The position numbers and the translations under genes are program-made. Below are positions 1-12,611 of a stretch of DNA of 36,040 bases, in pieces. The notes beneath the pieces are model-generated. The model did not search any database. It was given only the letters and a program-made list of their open reading frames with translations, and was not told where the DNA came from. Positions within the stretch are counted from its first letter, which is position 1; every line of letters begins with the position of its first letter. Source of the stretch: Octopus bimaculoides (taxonomy: Eukaryota); contig NC_068981.1 of NCBI RefSeq assembly GCF_001194135.2, forward strand, positions 149,392,888-149,428,927. The letters are read 5' to 3'.

Positions 1-69
<69 letters not shown>

Positions 70-108
70 CAGAGAGAGAGGGATAGCGATAGAGAGAGAT
101 AGAGAGAG
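1..108. repeat. (AG)n microsatellite, degenerating into GATA/GACA variants
   Basis: Direct reading: agagagag... from position 1. Confidence 0.98.
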
Positions 109-440
109 AAAGCAAAGGAGATGAAAGTGAAAGTGAGGGAAGTTGGGAGGCGTGGGATTAGTAGCCGTTATGTCTCCTTTTTCTCGAAGTTTCTTTTCTC
201 GCCGTTGACCTTGTTGCTCTGTGAAAGAAAAATGGCTCCAACATCACACAATGTTACAAACATCTACACGAAACTCCGTTGCAATAAGGTGATGACACGT
301 TAGCGTTCCAAGCTGTTAATTAACATGTGTCGTGTTTGGTGAAAAACAGGCAAACGGCAACAGCGACTGCAACAATAACGACAACGATGGCAAATGTCAC
401 ACAAATAAAACAGCAGCTCCAATATTAGCCAATAATAATT

Positions 441-575
441 GTCTCTAATTTAGGCACAAGGGCAGAAATTTTGAAGGAAGCGACCCAGTCAATACCATCA
501 ACCTAAGTATTTCACTGGCACCGTATTTTATCGATATCGTATAGATGAACCGTAAAGTTGACCTTAGCGGTCGGC
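441..575 (-). mobile_element. Old, diverged copy of SINE family A (octopus OR2-like)
   Basis: taggcacaagggcagaaatttt...ttttatcgat...gatgaaccgtaaagttgacc resembles the minus-strand SINE-A copies at 16487-16892 and 33181-33375. Confidence 0.6.
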
Positions 576-649
576 AATCCGCCACTCAGCGAAATAGAAT
601 TTCAAACGATAATAACATCCACAGAAACAGCCATGCGACCGAGGTTTCA

Positions 650-830
650 AGGAACATTTCAACCTGCTAGAAACAACTGCCAACTATCACTCAAATCTCA
701 TCATACCGTCTTAAAGAATGACGCATTTAATATTCTAATCCTAGCTGCATGCTGGAAAATAAAATGGCATGGTCTTAGGACGCCTTTGACCACAGGCATG
801 TGCAAAGAGCTGATCTAAACATCTATTAGC
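650..830 (+). mobile_element. Diverged 3' fragment of SINE-like family E
   Basis: aacctgctagaaacaactgccaactatcactcaaatc aligns with aacctgttggaaatagcaactaacttccctcaaatc at about 32490-32525. Confidence 0.45.
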
Positions 831-2445
831 TTAAACAGAGGTAGAGACATTGAATAATAGCTTCCACTGATTAATAAAAAAAAAGTGACAATGTTGGGTT
901 TCTTATAGATGTCCTTGATATTTTGTGATGTTGGAGACATTTTGACTTTTGAGTTGGTTAATCATTGCTGGTTTAGGGTAAGCAACAAAACCAACAATAC
1001 CAAAAATATGAACAACAACAAAAAATACATAGTTTGGACAGCTAGAAATAGAAACCGAATCTCTCTCAAATCATACAATCCTGTTTTTTAAAGAAAAGGT
1101 ATGGGCGCATTGGATTGATTAGTCTGAAATAGCATATGTGTGAAAATAAATACGGGATGGTGATGGCTACAATATCAGAAGTGACCTGAGGCGAAACAGC
1201 AACAGTAACAAGAGTAAAAGCAGCAAGCAGGAAGATAAATAAGAAAAATGCTAATATTTTCTTGAAGAACAAGGATTAATAGCATTGATGTTTACATAAC
1301 GTTAAACAGACGTGAGACAAATATCTATTATGAGTAGGATAGCGTGCTATAATGGTTGGCTTTCTTGAAATGGAGTTGAAGCCAGCATTGAATGTCAACG
1401 AATCGTTCGTTTATCATCGAATGGTTTATAGTAATGTGTTATAAGAACCACAATATATTTCATAAGTTGGCTCAGCTGTGGAGAGAGTTAAACATTTTGA
1501 TAATTTTGTAGATCAGGTTTCTTAACATTGTATGTTTACCGTCCTTATATGTTTATTACCGGTAAAGATATTAGTAAACTATTTAATGTTGGAAGAACGA
1601 AAATAGTTGGTCTTTATATACGAGAACTTCATATGTTATATCCATAGAACAAGTTTAACGTTCCTTCACCATGAGACTAAGTTCCGTAGAAAGTCACAAC
1701 ATTGAGGATAATATTTATTTGATACCCAAAGTACGTTCAACCATAATGAAATAAAATTTTAGATATCTTTCCAACAAAATACTGATTTCAGCTGGTTTAA
1801 ATTTCTGTATGTATCTTTTATACATAAAATTATTCCTAAACATATTTACAAATCTTTATAGTATGTGCTATTCAAATGCCATATAATATTTTCAATCAAA
1901 TGCTAAATACATTTCTACACGAAAACATTACATGCTGTAATTCCATTATACCCGCTAATTTGCTTTTAATTAATTAACTAACTGACAGCGAAGTTTTAGT
2001 CAGACTGAAGTTCAATTTCTGTTGTTACCTCAATTTATCTATGGCATTTTTAAAAATGAATTTCACAAATCAAAACGCAAAAGCTTTTATCATTTTAGCC
2101 GTTCCCGTAATTTTATAACAGCAATGATAAGAGCTAGCAACATATTCATCTAGCTGCAACTGGTTGTTCACAGCACATTCAAAACTAGAGAAAGTAATAT
2201 TTGTAAGAAAGATTTCAATATTTATGATAACCGATTCTCGCTGTTTAGAAATTTTCACTGAAGAAATATCAACTTCCTTTGACTTAGAGCTTATTTGCAC
2301 TTATTTTAGTTGGACAGCTGCTGTGGTTTTCTCGTTTTATTGATAACAATAAGCTTTCGGGCAGAACAAATATAGTCAACAACAGTTCTCAATGTTTTCC
2401 TGTCATACGTAAATTATTTCTTTTATTCTTTGGACATTTTCCATT

Positions 2446-2457
2446 TATACATACATG

Positions 2458-2513
<56 letters not shown>
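2446..2513. repeat. (CATA)n/(TA)n microsatellite bordering assembly gap
   Basis: Direct reading. Confidence 0.95.
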
Positions 2514-3409
2514 NNNNNNNNNNNNNNNNNNNNNNNNNNNNNNNNNNNNNNNNNNNNNNNNNNNNNNNNNNNNNNNNNNNNNNNNNNNNNNNNNNNNNNN
2601 NNNNNNNNNNNNNNNNNNNNNNNNNNNNNNNNNNNNNNNNNNNNNNNNNNNNNNNNNNNNNNNNNNNNNNNNNNNNNNNNNNNNNNNNNNNNNNNNNNNN
2701 NNNNNNNNNNNNNNNNNNNNNNNNNNNNNNNNNNNNNNNNNNNNNNNNNNNNNNNNNNNNNNNNNNNNNNNNNNNNNNNNNNNNNNNNNNNNNNNNNNNN
2801 NNNNNNNNNNNNNNNNNNNNNNNNNNNNNNNNNNNNNNNNNNNNNNNNNNNNNNNNNNNNNNNNNNNNNNNNNNNNNNNNNNNNNNNNNNNNNNNNNNNN
2901 NNNNNNNNNNNNNNNNNNNNNNNNNNNNNNNNNNNNNNNNNNNNNNNNNNNNNNNNNNNNNNNNNNNNNNNNNNNNNNNNNNNNNNNNNNNNNNNNNNNN
3001 NNNNNNNNNNNNNNNNNNNNNNNNNNNNNNNNNNNNNNNNNNNNNNNNNNNNNNNNNNNNNNNNNNNNNNNNNNNNNNNNNNNNNNNNNNNNNNNNNNNN
3101 NNNNNNNNNNNNNNNNNNNNNNNNNNNNNNNNNNNNNNNNNNNNNNNNNNNNNNNNNNNNNNNNNNNNNNNNNNNNNNNNNNNNNNNNNNNNNNNNNNNN
3201 NNNNNNNNNNNNNNNNNNNNNNNNNNNNNNNNNNNNNNNNNNNNNNNNNNNNNNNNNNNNNNNNNNNNNNNNNNNNNNNNNNNNNNNNNNNNNNNNNNNN
3301 NNNNNNNNNNNNNNNNNNNNNNNNNNNNNNNNNNNNNNNNNNNNNNNNNNNNNNNNNNNNNNNNNNNNNNNNNNNNNNNNNNNNNNNNNNNNNNNNNNNN
3401 NNNNNNNNN
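2514..3409. other. Assembly gap (N run)
   Basis: 896 N bases. Confidence 1.
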
Positions 3410-3655
3410 TGTGTGTGTGTGTGTGTGTGTACATGTTTGTGTGTCTGTGTTTTTACCCCCAACATCGCTTGACAACAGATGCTGCTGCGTTTACGTCCCC
3501 GTAACTTAGCGCTTCGGCAAAAAGACCGATAGAATAAGTACTAGGCTCACAAGGAATAAGTCCTGGGGTAGATTTGCACAACTAAAGGCCGTGCTCCAGC
3601 ATGGCCACAGTCAAATGACTAAAACAAGTAAAAGAGTAAAAAGAGTATATATATA
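3410..3655 (+). mobile_element. 3' half of SINE family B (octopus OR1-like) with internal (TG)n and gaataaaa/(TA)n-type tail
   Basis: cgcttgacaac...gtttacgtccccgtaacttagc...cagcatggccacagtcaaatgactaaaacaagtaaaaga; the same 3' end recurs at 11460-11630 and 34945-35008. Confidence 0.85.
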
Positions 3656-3659
3656 TATA

Positions 3660-4564
3660 CATCCTGCATCCTGCGTGCATATCAGGCCACCAATGTTATT
3701 CCAGCCAGACACTGTGGGCCACACGTAATTTTCGAGCATCTGAAGATAGCAGTCCTCATTCATGGTGTCACGTAGAATATATGGACCGATGACTCTTGTT
3801 GCCGTCATTCTGCGCTACATGGTCACTTTTGGTCAATCTTGCATCCTCTCAACGGTCATTTTTCAGATTCTTATTACTTGACACTCAGTAATGGAAGTTG
3901 TGACGATTGATGAAACGACTAACTTGGAATACAGCCTCGTCACTCCAGAGGATGTTTTTAAACTATTCTGGCCAATATTAATGCCAACCCAGCATTAACT
4001 CTCTATATTCTATTCTGCGGTCACAGTTTTCAAGTTTTAGCTCCTGCACGTAATGGGGTTTACACGGACGATAATTCAGGTCTTTATGCAACACCGCACG
4101 TATTGTGTGTCTTGTTAGTCAACTTTCACGAGCTGCTTGACTTGTTGATTTTTGTTGGCTGCGATTAAACATTTTCTGCATTGTTGCTACGGTCTCCGCT
4201 GATCGGGATGTGGTTGGATAGCCACTTCTTCTTGCATCGTTCACAGACCCTGTGGTCATCAGCTTTGCATGACAACTTTTTATTGTCTTTGGACATAGTG
4301 TTGCATGCTTACCTTTCTATGCACGCCACCGTCTCTGAACCAAAACAATGGAATTCCATACTTCAAGGTGTACTGCTATCTTAGCTAGCTCCTGAACAGT
4401 CGAGCGACCGGCCATGTGGAAAATAAGAAATGAAGCAATAAGAGCGGAGGAGGGGGAAATCCCCATTAGTGTTGTCTGTTAAGTAAATGTTTTTGCCATG
4501 ACTTAAGTGATACTAAAAATTTTATAAGCAATTTATAATACCTAGTTACTTTCCATCTACCCTG
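3660..4564 (-). mobile_element. Tc1/mariner DNA transposon, rosa/DD41D-like, 3'-truncated
   Basis: Minus strand begins TA|CAGGGTAGATGGAAAG (TIR-like end with TA at 4565-4566). It carries a decayed transposase (next feature) and is cut off at the SINE-B tail. Confidence 0.85.
3663..4415 (-). pseudogene. Decayed DD(D/E) transposase with N-terminal HTH (DUF4817-like)
   Basis: Manual translation from ATG at 4415: MAGRSTVQELAKIAVHLEVWNSIVLVQRRWR...KLMTTGSVNDARRSGYP...KSTSQAARES...HKDLNYRPCKPHYVQEL...KNILWSDEAVFQVSRFINRHNFHY*; after a frameshift, MTATRVIGPYILRDTMNEDCYLQMLENYVWP...GLICTQDAG. The first D (WSDEA) and second D (QDxx) are present; there are several stops. Confidence 0.88.
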
Positions 4565-4605
4565 TATATACATATAGTTCAAATGTAAAGTGTACAGGAA
4601 ACAAA

Positions 4606-4730
4606 AGACGTATGTATGTATGTATGTATGTATGTATGTATGTATGTATGTATGTATGTATGAATGCATGCATGCATGCATGTATGTATTTATACATGTA
4701 TGTATGTATGCATGTATGTATGTATGTGTA
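4606..4730. repeat. (TATG)n microsatellite at the 3' end of the minus-strand LINE
   Basis: Direct reading. Confidence 0.95.
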
Positions 4731-6190
4731 TTATTCAGTTTATTTCTAGATTTCTTGTCAACAGAGAAAGAATCGAATTTAGCCTGGATTCAAGGCTCCT
4801 CCGCTGGAATTTTAAACAACATCACCAGAATATTCGTGTATGTTTGTGTGTATGTGTGTAATATTTCAAGTCAGTGCATGTGCAGGTTTCTATGTTTTAT
4901 GTATGTATGTTTATGCATGCATTCTCATGCATATAGCTGTATGGCTAGATTTGTACATATGTGTTTAAATGCTAAACTTCTGGAAAGTTTCACATACTTT
5001 GACAGTATTATTGATGGCTTTTATCTGGAATATCCTAATGAAGTTTTTCCTTTCTTGTTTTGAGAAGCCTGAGTCAATTTGTTACATACTCTAGTGCCAC
5101 AACATTTACAAGTATTATCCTGAACTTGTAATCCGAGTAGAGTAACTGTAAATAGTTTAGCATAGATGCTTTCTTTCTCGTTGATTTTTCTATTTATGTC
5201 GTTATCCACTAGGCAACTAAGTTCCACTACTGTAAATAGTTTCTCTTCCCTGTCGCCAACCACTATGTCTGGTATATTATGCATGTATTTTGTTGAGATT
5301 TTCACTGAGACCTTCCGCCAGCATTTTTTGATATCATTGGTGGCTATAGCCTCTACTACACAGGAGGTTGTTATCTTTTTGGCCTCAGGACTATCTTTTC
5401 AACGGATTCCATTCTACAGTGTCTTGGCTATAACATCATATCTCATCAGTAGATAAGAACGTGTTGACATCTATAGATAACTGATCATGATGTGGGTGAT
5501 ATCTTCGGTGTTAACCCTACAAAGTGGGCATCGGTAATCACATTTTGGTGTTTTACTGCGTCCCTGTTCCTTTTGCACATTAGAAATTTGGTTGCTATTT
5601 CCTGTTCCTGGATTACAGACGCATATCATTTAAAGTGAATATTAGTGATCTGGTTGTTAGTCCACTATACACTGCTTTGATTATCAATGTTGCTGTCATC
5701 CTTATATCATCTGCTAGCATATCCGTCCATGGTCTTCTGCTGATATGCACTTATCTTTTCATCTGATATGTTGCTGTAGAGTCGCGTAACTTCTTTGGGC
5801 TTGTATTCAAAGTTATCAAACAGAAAACGTTTCTCGTGTCTCTGTCTTCCAAGTCTCATGTTGTTATTTGTCTCCTGTAAGTAAACTTGGTCAAGGGATG
5901 CACTTCTATACTTGGTTAAAGGATATTACCGAGTGGGTATGATGTGATATTCTTATCTTGAAATGGTAAGAGAGCTACTGCGGCATGCTGTATAACATGG
6001 GCATCTAAACCTTACAGAGCGCATCTGTTTCCAGGTCTGACTATAACCGACTGGTTCAGGATAAGGCATGAAAGAAGTGTTGTAGTTCTGAGTGAGTTGA
6101 GACCTTGACTTGTTTTTCGTGTTCAGTCAAAACGCGGGCTCTGCAAGCAGATCGCTGAAATATCAGTAGGCCTCGGATCTTTTCTAAATT
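4731..6190 (-). mobile_element. R4/Dong-like non-LTR retrotransposon (restriction-like endonuclease type), decayed 3' fragment
   Basis: Minus-strand translation gives YASVIQEQEIATKFLMCKRNRD, a decayed CxxC...EDITHIM zinc-knuckle region, RYDVIAKT, and the RLE motif HNIPDIVVGDREEKLFTVVELSCLVDNDINRKINEKESIY (ORF 5021-5305). It is homologous to the copy at 30347-31965. The 5' boundary is approximate. Confidence 0.85.
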
Positions 6191-7710
6191 TTCTTTTCAA
6201 ATTTAATGTATTCGTGACCCATTGATCAGTTAAACGCGTTAAGATTTGTATTATGATTTGTCTAACTTATGTAAGCACTGCAATGATGGAAATGCAGGTA
6301 ATACACGAGGATCTGTTCATATGTAATATATGGTATAATGTGCAAGTAATCCACAAGAAAATGTTAAATAAGCGAAAAAGAAAACAAACAAACAAAGCTA
6401 AAAGTGGTTCTTTACAAGCAAAAGATGTTGAAGTTGCTGTCTCTTAAATTATAGGAACAGATTTAAACCATATTTCATTTATCTTAAATTTAAATGCCAT
6501 ATGATTAAAATAAGTCAATATTATATGATTTTTAAATGACAGAGTACTTACTTTTCAGACAAAAAACAACGCAAGTTCTGAATGCTAACCATGTCAATAT
6601 TAGCAGTAGACGACGATATCAATTTTGGCAAGCAAACCCATAATTTCCTGGAAGTGACTGGGTAATTTCTAACAGATGGTTATATTATTTCTAGCGGAAA
6701 GGTCATTGGCTGATATAGCCGGTAAAACGCTTTACGATATTTACTTTAGTCGCTTAATGTTTTGCGCTCAAATCGTTATGTTGTCAACTTTGGGAAAACG
6801 ATAATATAAGAATTACCATTCAAAACTGGGATCAATATTCAACTTTAATCCACTTCCAAGAATCAGTGGCCTTGTGCTCTTACACGAAATCATCATTTCT
6901 GATTGAAAATTATGTCCGCTCTTAGCAATTTGAAGAATATGTCAGCTTGATAGTGTAAATTTATCAAAGAATAGACAAAATAAAAATATGAAAAATCTGT
7001 AGATTTTTGTTGTCCAAAGTTTTTGTAATGGATCCTACGCTAGTTTCGACGATGAGTGTTTAGTTGTTCAATCAATTAATTCACATACTCATTAAATCTA
7101 TATGCAAGTTGCTGCGTACTCCCAAACACATGTCGTGGTGACGTAATGCACAGGAAGAATCAAGCGTAACGTACTATGTGACAAACTTGGTCTTTTGACA
7201 TATAGGTACAATCTATCGGATGGGCTCCTATACAGGCTACGTCTACCTCGTTTTACTCACAAAGCAAAATACAACACGATGAAATCGAACATAGGAACAT
7301 ATCATAGCGAAGCGTAATTCTTAACCCCTCGAGGAACAAATATTCAAAAGTTCAATTGATCCTGATTCTGTTATCTTCATTGAAAACGTCAGCATTTGAA
7401 TAATACTAAAAAGTTCTGTGATGTAGTATCTTTATTACGTTTTGTTAGGAAATGCAATGAAAGTTATAAACGGTTGAAACCGAAATATATTTTAGTTCTA
7501 TTTAGTTTTCTATCGCTATGTTCTAAGATCAAATCCTACTAAAAATTACTTTGCCGATTATTGATCTGAGATTAATAATCATAAGTACCAGGCATATATT
7601 CAGATTTCGATTAATCTGTTTTGCAAAGTTTTGACTGGAACCCTTTGTAAGAAATTTAGAGAATGTTCTACGGACTGCAAGAGTGTTATATCTTTAATAA
7701 GCACAATAAC

Positions 7711-8098
<388 letters not shown>

Positions 8099-8414
8099 TT
8101 GTTAGAAATGAATAGTTATATGTGAAAACGTTGGTGTGTTTGCTTTGGTATGTCTTTTTAAATAAGAAGTTTCTCTTAGGCAATTTTTTCTATCAGATAA
8201 CAGCCGGCTCCTTGATGTCGACTGCTTTATAAACTCTTCATATATTGCTGAATATATGTTGTTTTATTCTATTGTTTTTTTTCTTTACATTTTCCATTTA
8301 TTTATTATATATTTAATAGGTTTTGTTTTTACCCATTCGGTTCTTTGTACTACCTCAACAAGAGAGAGATATTTATACACACTTCCTAATACACGGATTG
8401 GTAGAATAGGAAAA

Positions 8415-8415
<1 letters not shown>

Positions 8416-8477
<62 letters not shown>
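8416..8477. repeat. (CA)n microsatellite
   Basis: Direct reading. Confidence 0.97.
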
Positions 8478-8480
<3 letters not shown>

Positions 8481-9899
8481 GCTACATACTTTGAATGTTT
8501 TTCGAAGTGAAGCTAATATGCAATCATAGTGCAGCTATGTCAATGGGATGAGCAACCAGTGTCCTTTAATAATTTATTAATAATGTTCAGTTGACTTGGA
8601 ATGGAAGCTTAAGAGCAGGTGCAGCCAAATAAATATCATTTTAAAAATAAAAACACGTTTAAGATTGTGATGAAAATAATGGTGATGACGATGACGATGA
8701 CGATGACAATAAAGATGATGATGATAATAATAATAATAATAATAAGATAACAAAAAAATTCATTGCTCTATCTTTAATACATTAATTATGAAACATTTCT
8801 TCTCTAAAAAATATGATGAATTCATACCCAAAATCGTGAACATAAAAATAAATAAATAAATAAATAAAAAAATGGAAATAAAGAACCTCAATTGTCTGAA
8901 TGATAATCAATAATTGACTAAAAATAGAACAATAAAAATTTTGAAAATAATTCATTCTATTTCGAAATGTTTTCTAGAAATCATTTATCAAAATGTTATC
9001 AAAATTTTAAACAATAAATTATTGCATATGAACTTCCATGATGAGTTCTATTGAATCATTTCCACCATTATGGTTTTTGTTTTATTTCTTAGGGACGAAC
9101 CTGGGTTGTTACTATACCACACACCCAGCATCTCCTCTCTCGCACATATACACACATACACACATATATGCACGTGCACTCACATAGGCACACAAGCACA
9201 GACACACACTCATACGTAATAACATATAAACATATATGTACATATATATATATATATTCGTACCTATACATATATAGATATATATGCATATATGTACGTA
9301 TATATGTATAGATGCTTACACACACATATATACACATATATTATGTATTTCTCTATCCATCTATAACTTGAAGGAAGATCCTATGCAGCCTTAGGCGAAA
9401 CTGACTTTACCAAAATAAAATATTGGATTACTCAATTACCTTAGAATTACTCTATCTTCGGTAATCTTTTCAGCTTAGAAAAGTAATGTGAATCATGTAT
9501 AAGATCTACGATGTAACTATCAAAAATCTTATCGAAACATAGGCGTTATTTGTTAATATAAATGGCTCTCTTAATTGTGGGCTAAAATGTCAACTTTGCA
9601 TTACTACTCAATAACAAACAATAATAAGAATTACAGACAAAGCCGTGATTGCGCAAGCGAGAGCGAAGACGTAGTTGACAGGCCTCAGTGAGATTTTTTC
9701 CTTTTCATTAAGGGCCGTTAAAGTTGTTTGAAAGCAAACACAATGAAAATATTTGAGTTGAGTGAAAATAGAAGAAAGGCGAAACTTTATAGTTTACCTG
9801 ATTTTTTCCATATACTCTGAGACTAAGATCACTTTACTGAGAGAACAGGGAAAATGGTGTCGAACCGGTAACCTTTGTATAAGTATGTGGAAGCGGGAT

Positions 9900-10687
9900 A
9901 AATCATGCGTGAACTGACATTGTTATAACAGCTGTGAAGTTCTTATCTATTGTTAACAGGTGTTCTCAGTTTAATAATGGGTTTATATATTTTTGATCCA
10001 AAAGTTACCAACCTTCCGCTCTGTTCTCTTCATGGGCTGCATTTCTCCATGTGCTGTTTGTATGAAGATATGCAGTTTTCAGATTGTGTTTCCAGTAAAA
10101 GAATTACCACATCTATTGCAGATTATTTGGTACAATACAATCCTATCTACATTGTTGATGAGGCAGTTTGCCAGTGTGCACACATTGCTACTCCTTGTTG
10201 AATAATAAACAGAGAGATATTTTCTCAAGGAAAGACAAAACTGCCCCATCTGCATATTAAATCCATGTCTACGGATGGTTAGGTGGACTGCAATAATGTT
10301 TCTACCAGAGAAATATGGCAGTCTCAGGAAGCACATATAATCTTTATAAGTTTGAGCCTGCTTTTGATGTATGCGTGCTGGCGTTTGGCGAAAGAGGTTG
10401 AGTAGCAGCCGTCTATTACAACCTTATAGAATCACTTGCTGTTAAAAATTTTATCTCCTACCTTTCTGTGTCTGTTGCATATCCAGGAAATTTCATTTTG
10501 TATCTAGGTGGTCTTGATTCTAATAGGTGGAGTGATTTGTAATGTGTAAAATTGTCCAAAATGGTAGATATCGTTCCTCGTCTGTAATCTTGAGTAGGAA
10601 ATCGAGAACAACGAGAGAAAGAGTCAGAGAAAAAGAGAGAGAAAGAGACAGAGACAGGGCAAGAGAGATAGAGAGAGCAAGAGAGAT

Positions 10688-10723
<36 letters not shown>

Positions 10724-10960
10724 GAAGAGAAAGAGAGAAAAGGAATGAGAAGATAGAGTAACTGTCGTGTTGGTGTTCAATTTCGAAGTCAACGCAGTTG
10801 CTAATGTTAGATTTGTGAAGAATTCTAACGTCCTTTGCACGATAAGAAGCCATTATGTGAATGCCATCCACGTACCTGGAGTAGAAGGTGCAAGAGTAAC
10901 AGGTACTAAGCAACCTTGCATTCTGACTGGTCTATGTCTGTGATAACCAGGAATATGTCT
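9900..10960 (-). mobile_element. Penelope-like element (PLE), decayed RT C-terminal half plus GIY-YIG endonuclease, interrupted by an (AG)n tract at about 10615-10745
   Basis: Minus strand: FYSRYVDGIHIM (RT YxRYVDD motif, about 10860-10885), NCVDFEIEHQ, CFLRLPYFSG...HGFNMQM...LRKYLS, then NVDRIVLYQIICNRCGNSFTGNT (GIY-YIG VVYxIxCxxC...YIGET pattern, about 10085-10140). The domain order is that of PLEs. Confidence 0.82.
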
Positions 10961-10967
10961 GTCTGCC

Positions 10968-11075
10968 TGTATGTATGTATGTATGTACGTTTACATGTAT
11001 GTATGTATGTATGTATGTATGTATGTACGTTTGCATGTATGTATGTATGTATGTATGTATGTATGTATGCATGCA
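10968..11075. repeat. (TATG)n microsatellite
   Basis: Direct reading. Confidence 0.95.
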
Positions 11076-11309
11076 TGAGATTTGTAGTCATGTAGGTTCA
11101 ACCACTATCTAGCAATAGAACGGGCCCTCAGAAATTTTGGGCTGGTGCCACTGGGAGTAAGGCAGCCTTTAGTTTTTGCATACCCTTAGGAGGTCATTCT
11201 GATATCAAATCAGATATGTAGGTATTGGCACTGAACATACGAGTGGACATCATACCTGTGTGTGTGTGTGTATCTATACACACACACGTGAGTACACGTG
11301 GCTGTGTGG

Positions 11310-11630
11310 ATAGGCATAGCATAGCTGTGTGGTAAGATTGCTTCCCAACCACATGGTTCCGGGTTCTGTCGATTCATTCGACGAACAAGTCAAGGCGGTG
11401 CCCCAGCATGGCTACAGTCTATATGTTTATGTCTTTATGTTGGCTTATGTCCCCCCCCCCCATCGCCGCTTGACAACCGGTGTTGGTGTGTTTACGACCC
11501 CACAACATAGTGGTTCGGCAAAACAGTCTGATAAAATAAGTCCTGGGAGTCGATTTGTTCAAAGCAGTGGTCCAATATGGCCACAGTCAAATGACTGAAA
11601 CAAATAAAAGAATAAAAGAATATATATATA
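11310..11630 (+). mobile_element. SINE family B (OR1-like), internally deleted or rearranged
   Basis: tRNA-like head gctgtgtggtaagattgcttcccaaccacatggttccgggttc and tail ccacagtcaaatgactgaaacaaataaaagaataaaagaata. Confidence 0.8.
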
Positions 11631-11688
11631 TATATATACTCTTTACTTATACATCCATCCATCCATACATACATACATACATATATAT

Positions 11689-12455
11689 NNNNNNNNNNNN
11701 NNNNNNNNNNNNNNNNNNNNNNNNNNNNNNNNNNNNNNNNNNNNNNNNNNNNNNNNNNNNNNNNNNNNNNNNNNNNNNNNNNNNNNNNNNNNNNNNNNNN
11801 NNNNNNNNNNNNNNNNNNNNNNNNNNNNNNNNNNNNNNNNNNNNNNNNNNNNNNNNNNNNNNNNNNNNNNNNNNNNNNNNNNNNNNNNNNNNNNNNNNNN
11901 NNNNNNNNNNNNNNNNNNNNNNNNNNNNNNNNNNNNNNNNNNNNNNNNNNNNNNNNNNNNNNNNNNNNNNNNNNNNNNNNNNNNNNNNNNNNNNNNNNNN
12001 NNNNNNNNNNNNNNNNNNNNNNNNNNNNNNNNNNNNNNNNNNNNNNNNNNNNNNNNNNNNNNNNNNNNNNNNNNNNNNNNNNNNNNNNNNNNNNNNNNNN
12101 NNNNNNNNNNNNNNNNNNNNNNNNNNNNNNNNNNNNNNNNNNNNNNNNNNNNNNNNNNNNNNNNNNNNNNNNNNNNNNNNNNNNNNNNNNNNNNNNNNNN
12201 NNNNNNNNNNNNNNNNNNNNNNNNNNNNNNNNNNNNNNNNNNNNNNNNNNNNNNNNNNNNNNNNNNNNNNNNNNNNNNNNNNNNNNNNNNNNNNNNNNNN
12301 NNNNNNNNNNNNNNNNNNNNNNNNNNNNNNNNNNNNNNNNNNNNNNNNNNNNNNNNNNNNNNNNNNNNNNNNNNNNNNNNNNNNNNNNNNNNNNNNNNNN
12401 NNNNNNNNNNNNNNNNNNNNNNNNNNNNNNNNNNNNNNNNNNNNNNNNNNNNNNN
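11689..12455. other. Assembly gap (N run)
   Basis: 767 N bases between a (CATA)/(TA) tract and a (CT) tract. Confidence 1.
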
Positions 12456-12565
12456 CTCTCTTTCTCTCTCTCTCTTATTATTACTCCCATTGGTATCATC
12501 AACATTACTATTTTTAATAAAACATCATCAACTCCCACTAAATTTCTTTGTCTCTGGTTTTCTCC

Positions 12566-12611
<46 letters not shown>

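Noticed and set aside
909-977. Plus-strand AG...GTAAGC 69-nt exon-like segment (MSLIFCDVGDILTFELVNHCWFR)
   Set aside because: It overlaps the inverted-repeat arm, the peptide is unrecognised, and no partner exons were found.
1066-1272. Hydrophobic 68-aa ORF resembling a membrane protein
   Set aside because: The hydrophobicity follows from the T-rich minus strand. There is no recognisable motif and no consistent exon structure.
2389-3509. Long ORFs (320-380 aa) spanning N runs, also at 11492-12640 and 23501-23965
   Set aside because: Artefacts: N codons contain no stops and the flanks are microsatellite translations.
6552-6646. Minus-strand segment ending in a GTAAGT donor, open in one phase
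   Set aside because: Weak acceptor, unrecognised peptide, and phase not compatible with the other candidates.
8348-8357. tactacctca, complementary to the let-7 5' end
   Set aside because: Only 10 nt, with no precursor hairpin and no known 3' UTR context; chance is plausible.
9368-9405. ttgaaggaagatccta...taggcgaaac, hammerhead-like
   Set aside because: The core has at least two mismatches, there is no stem I pairing and no clear NUH triplet.
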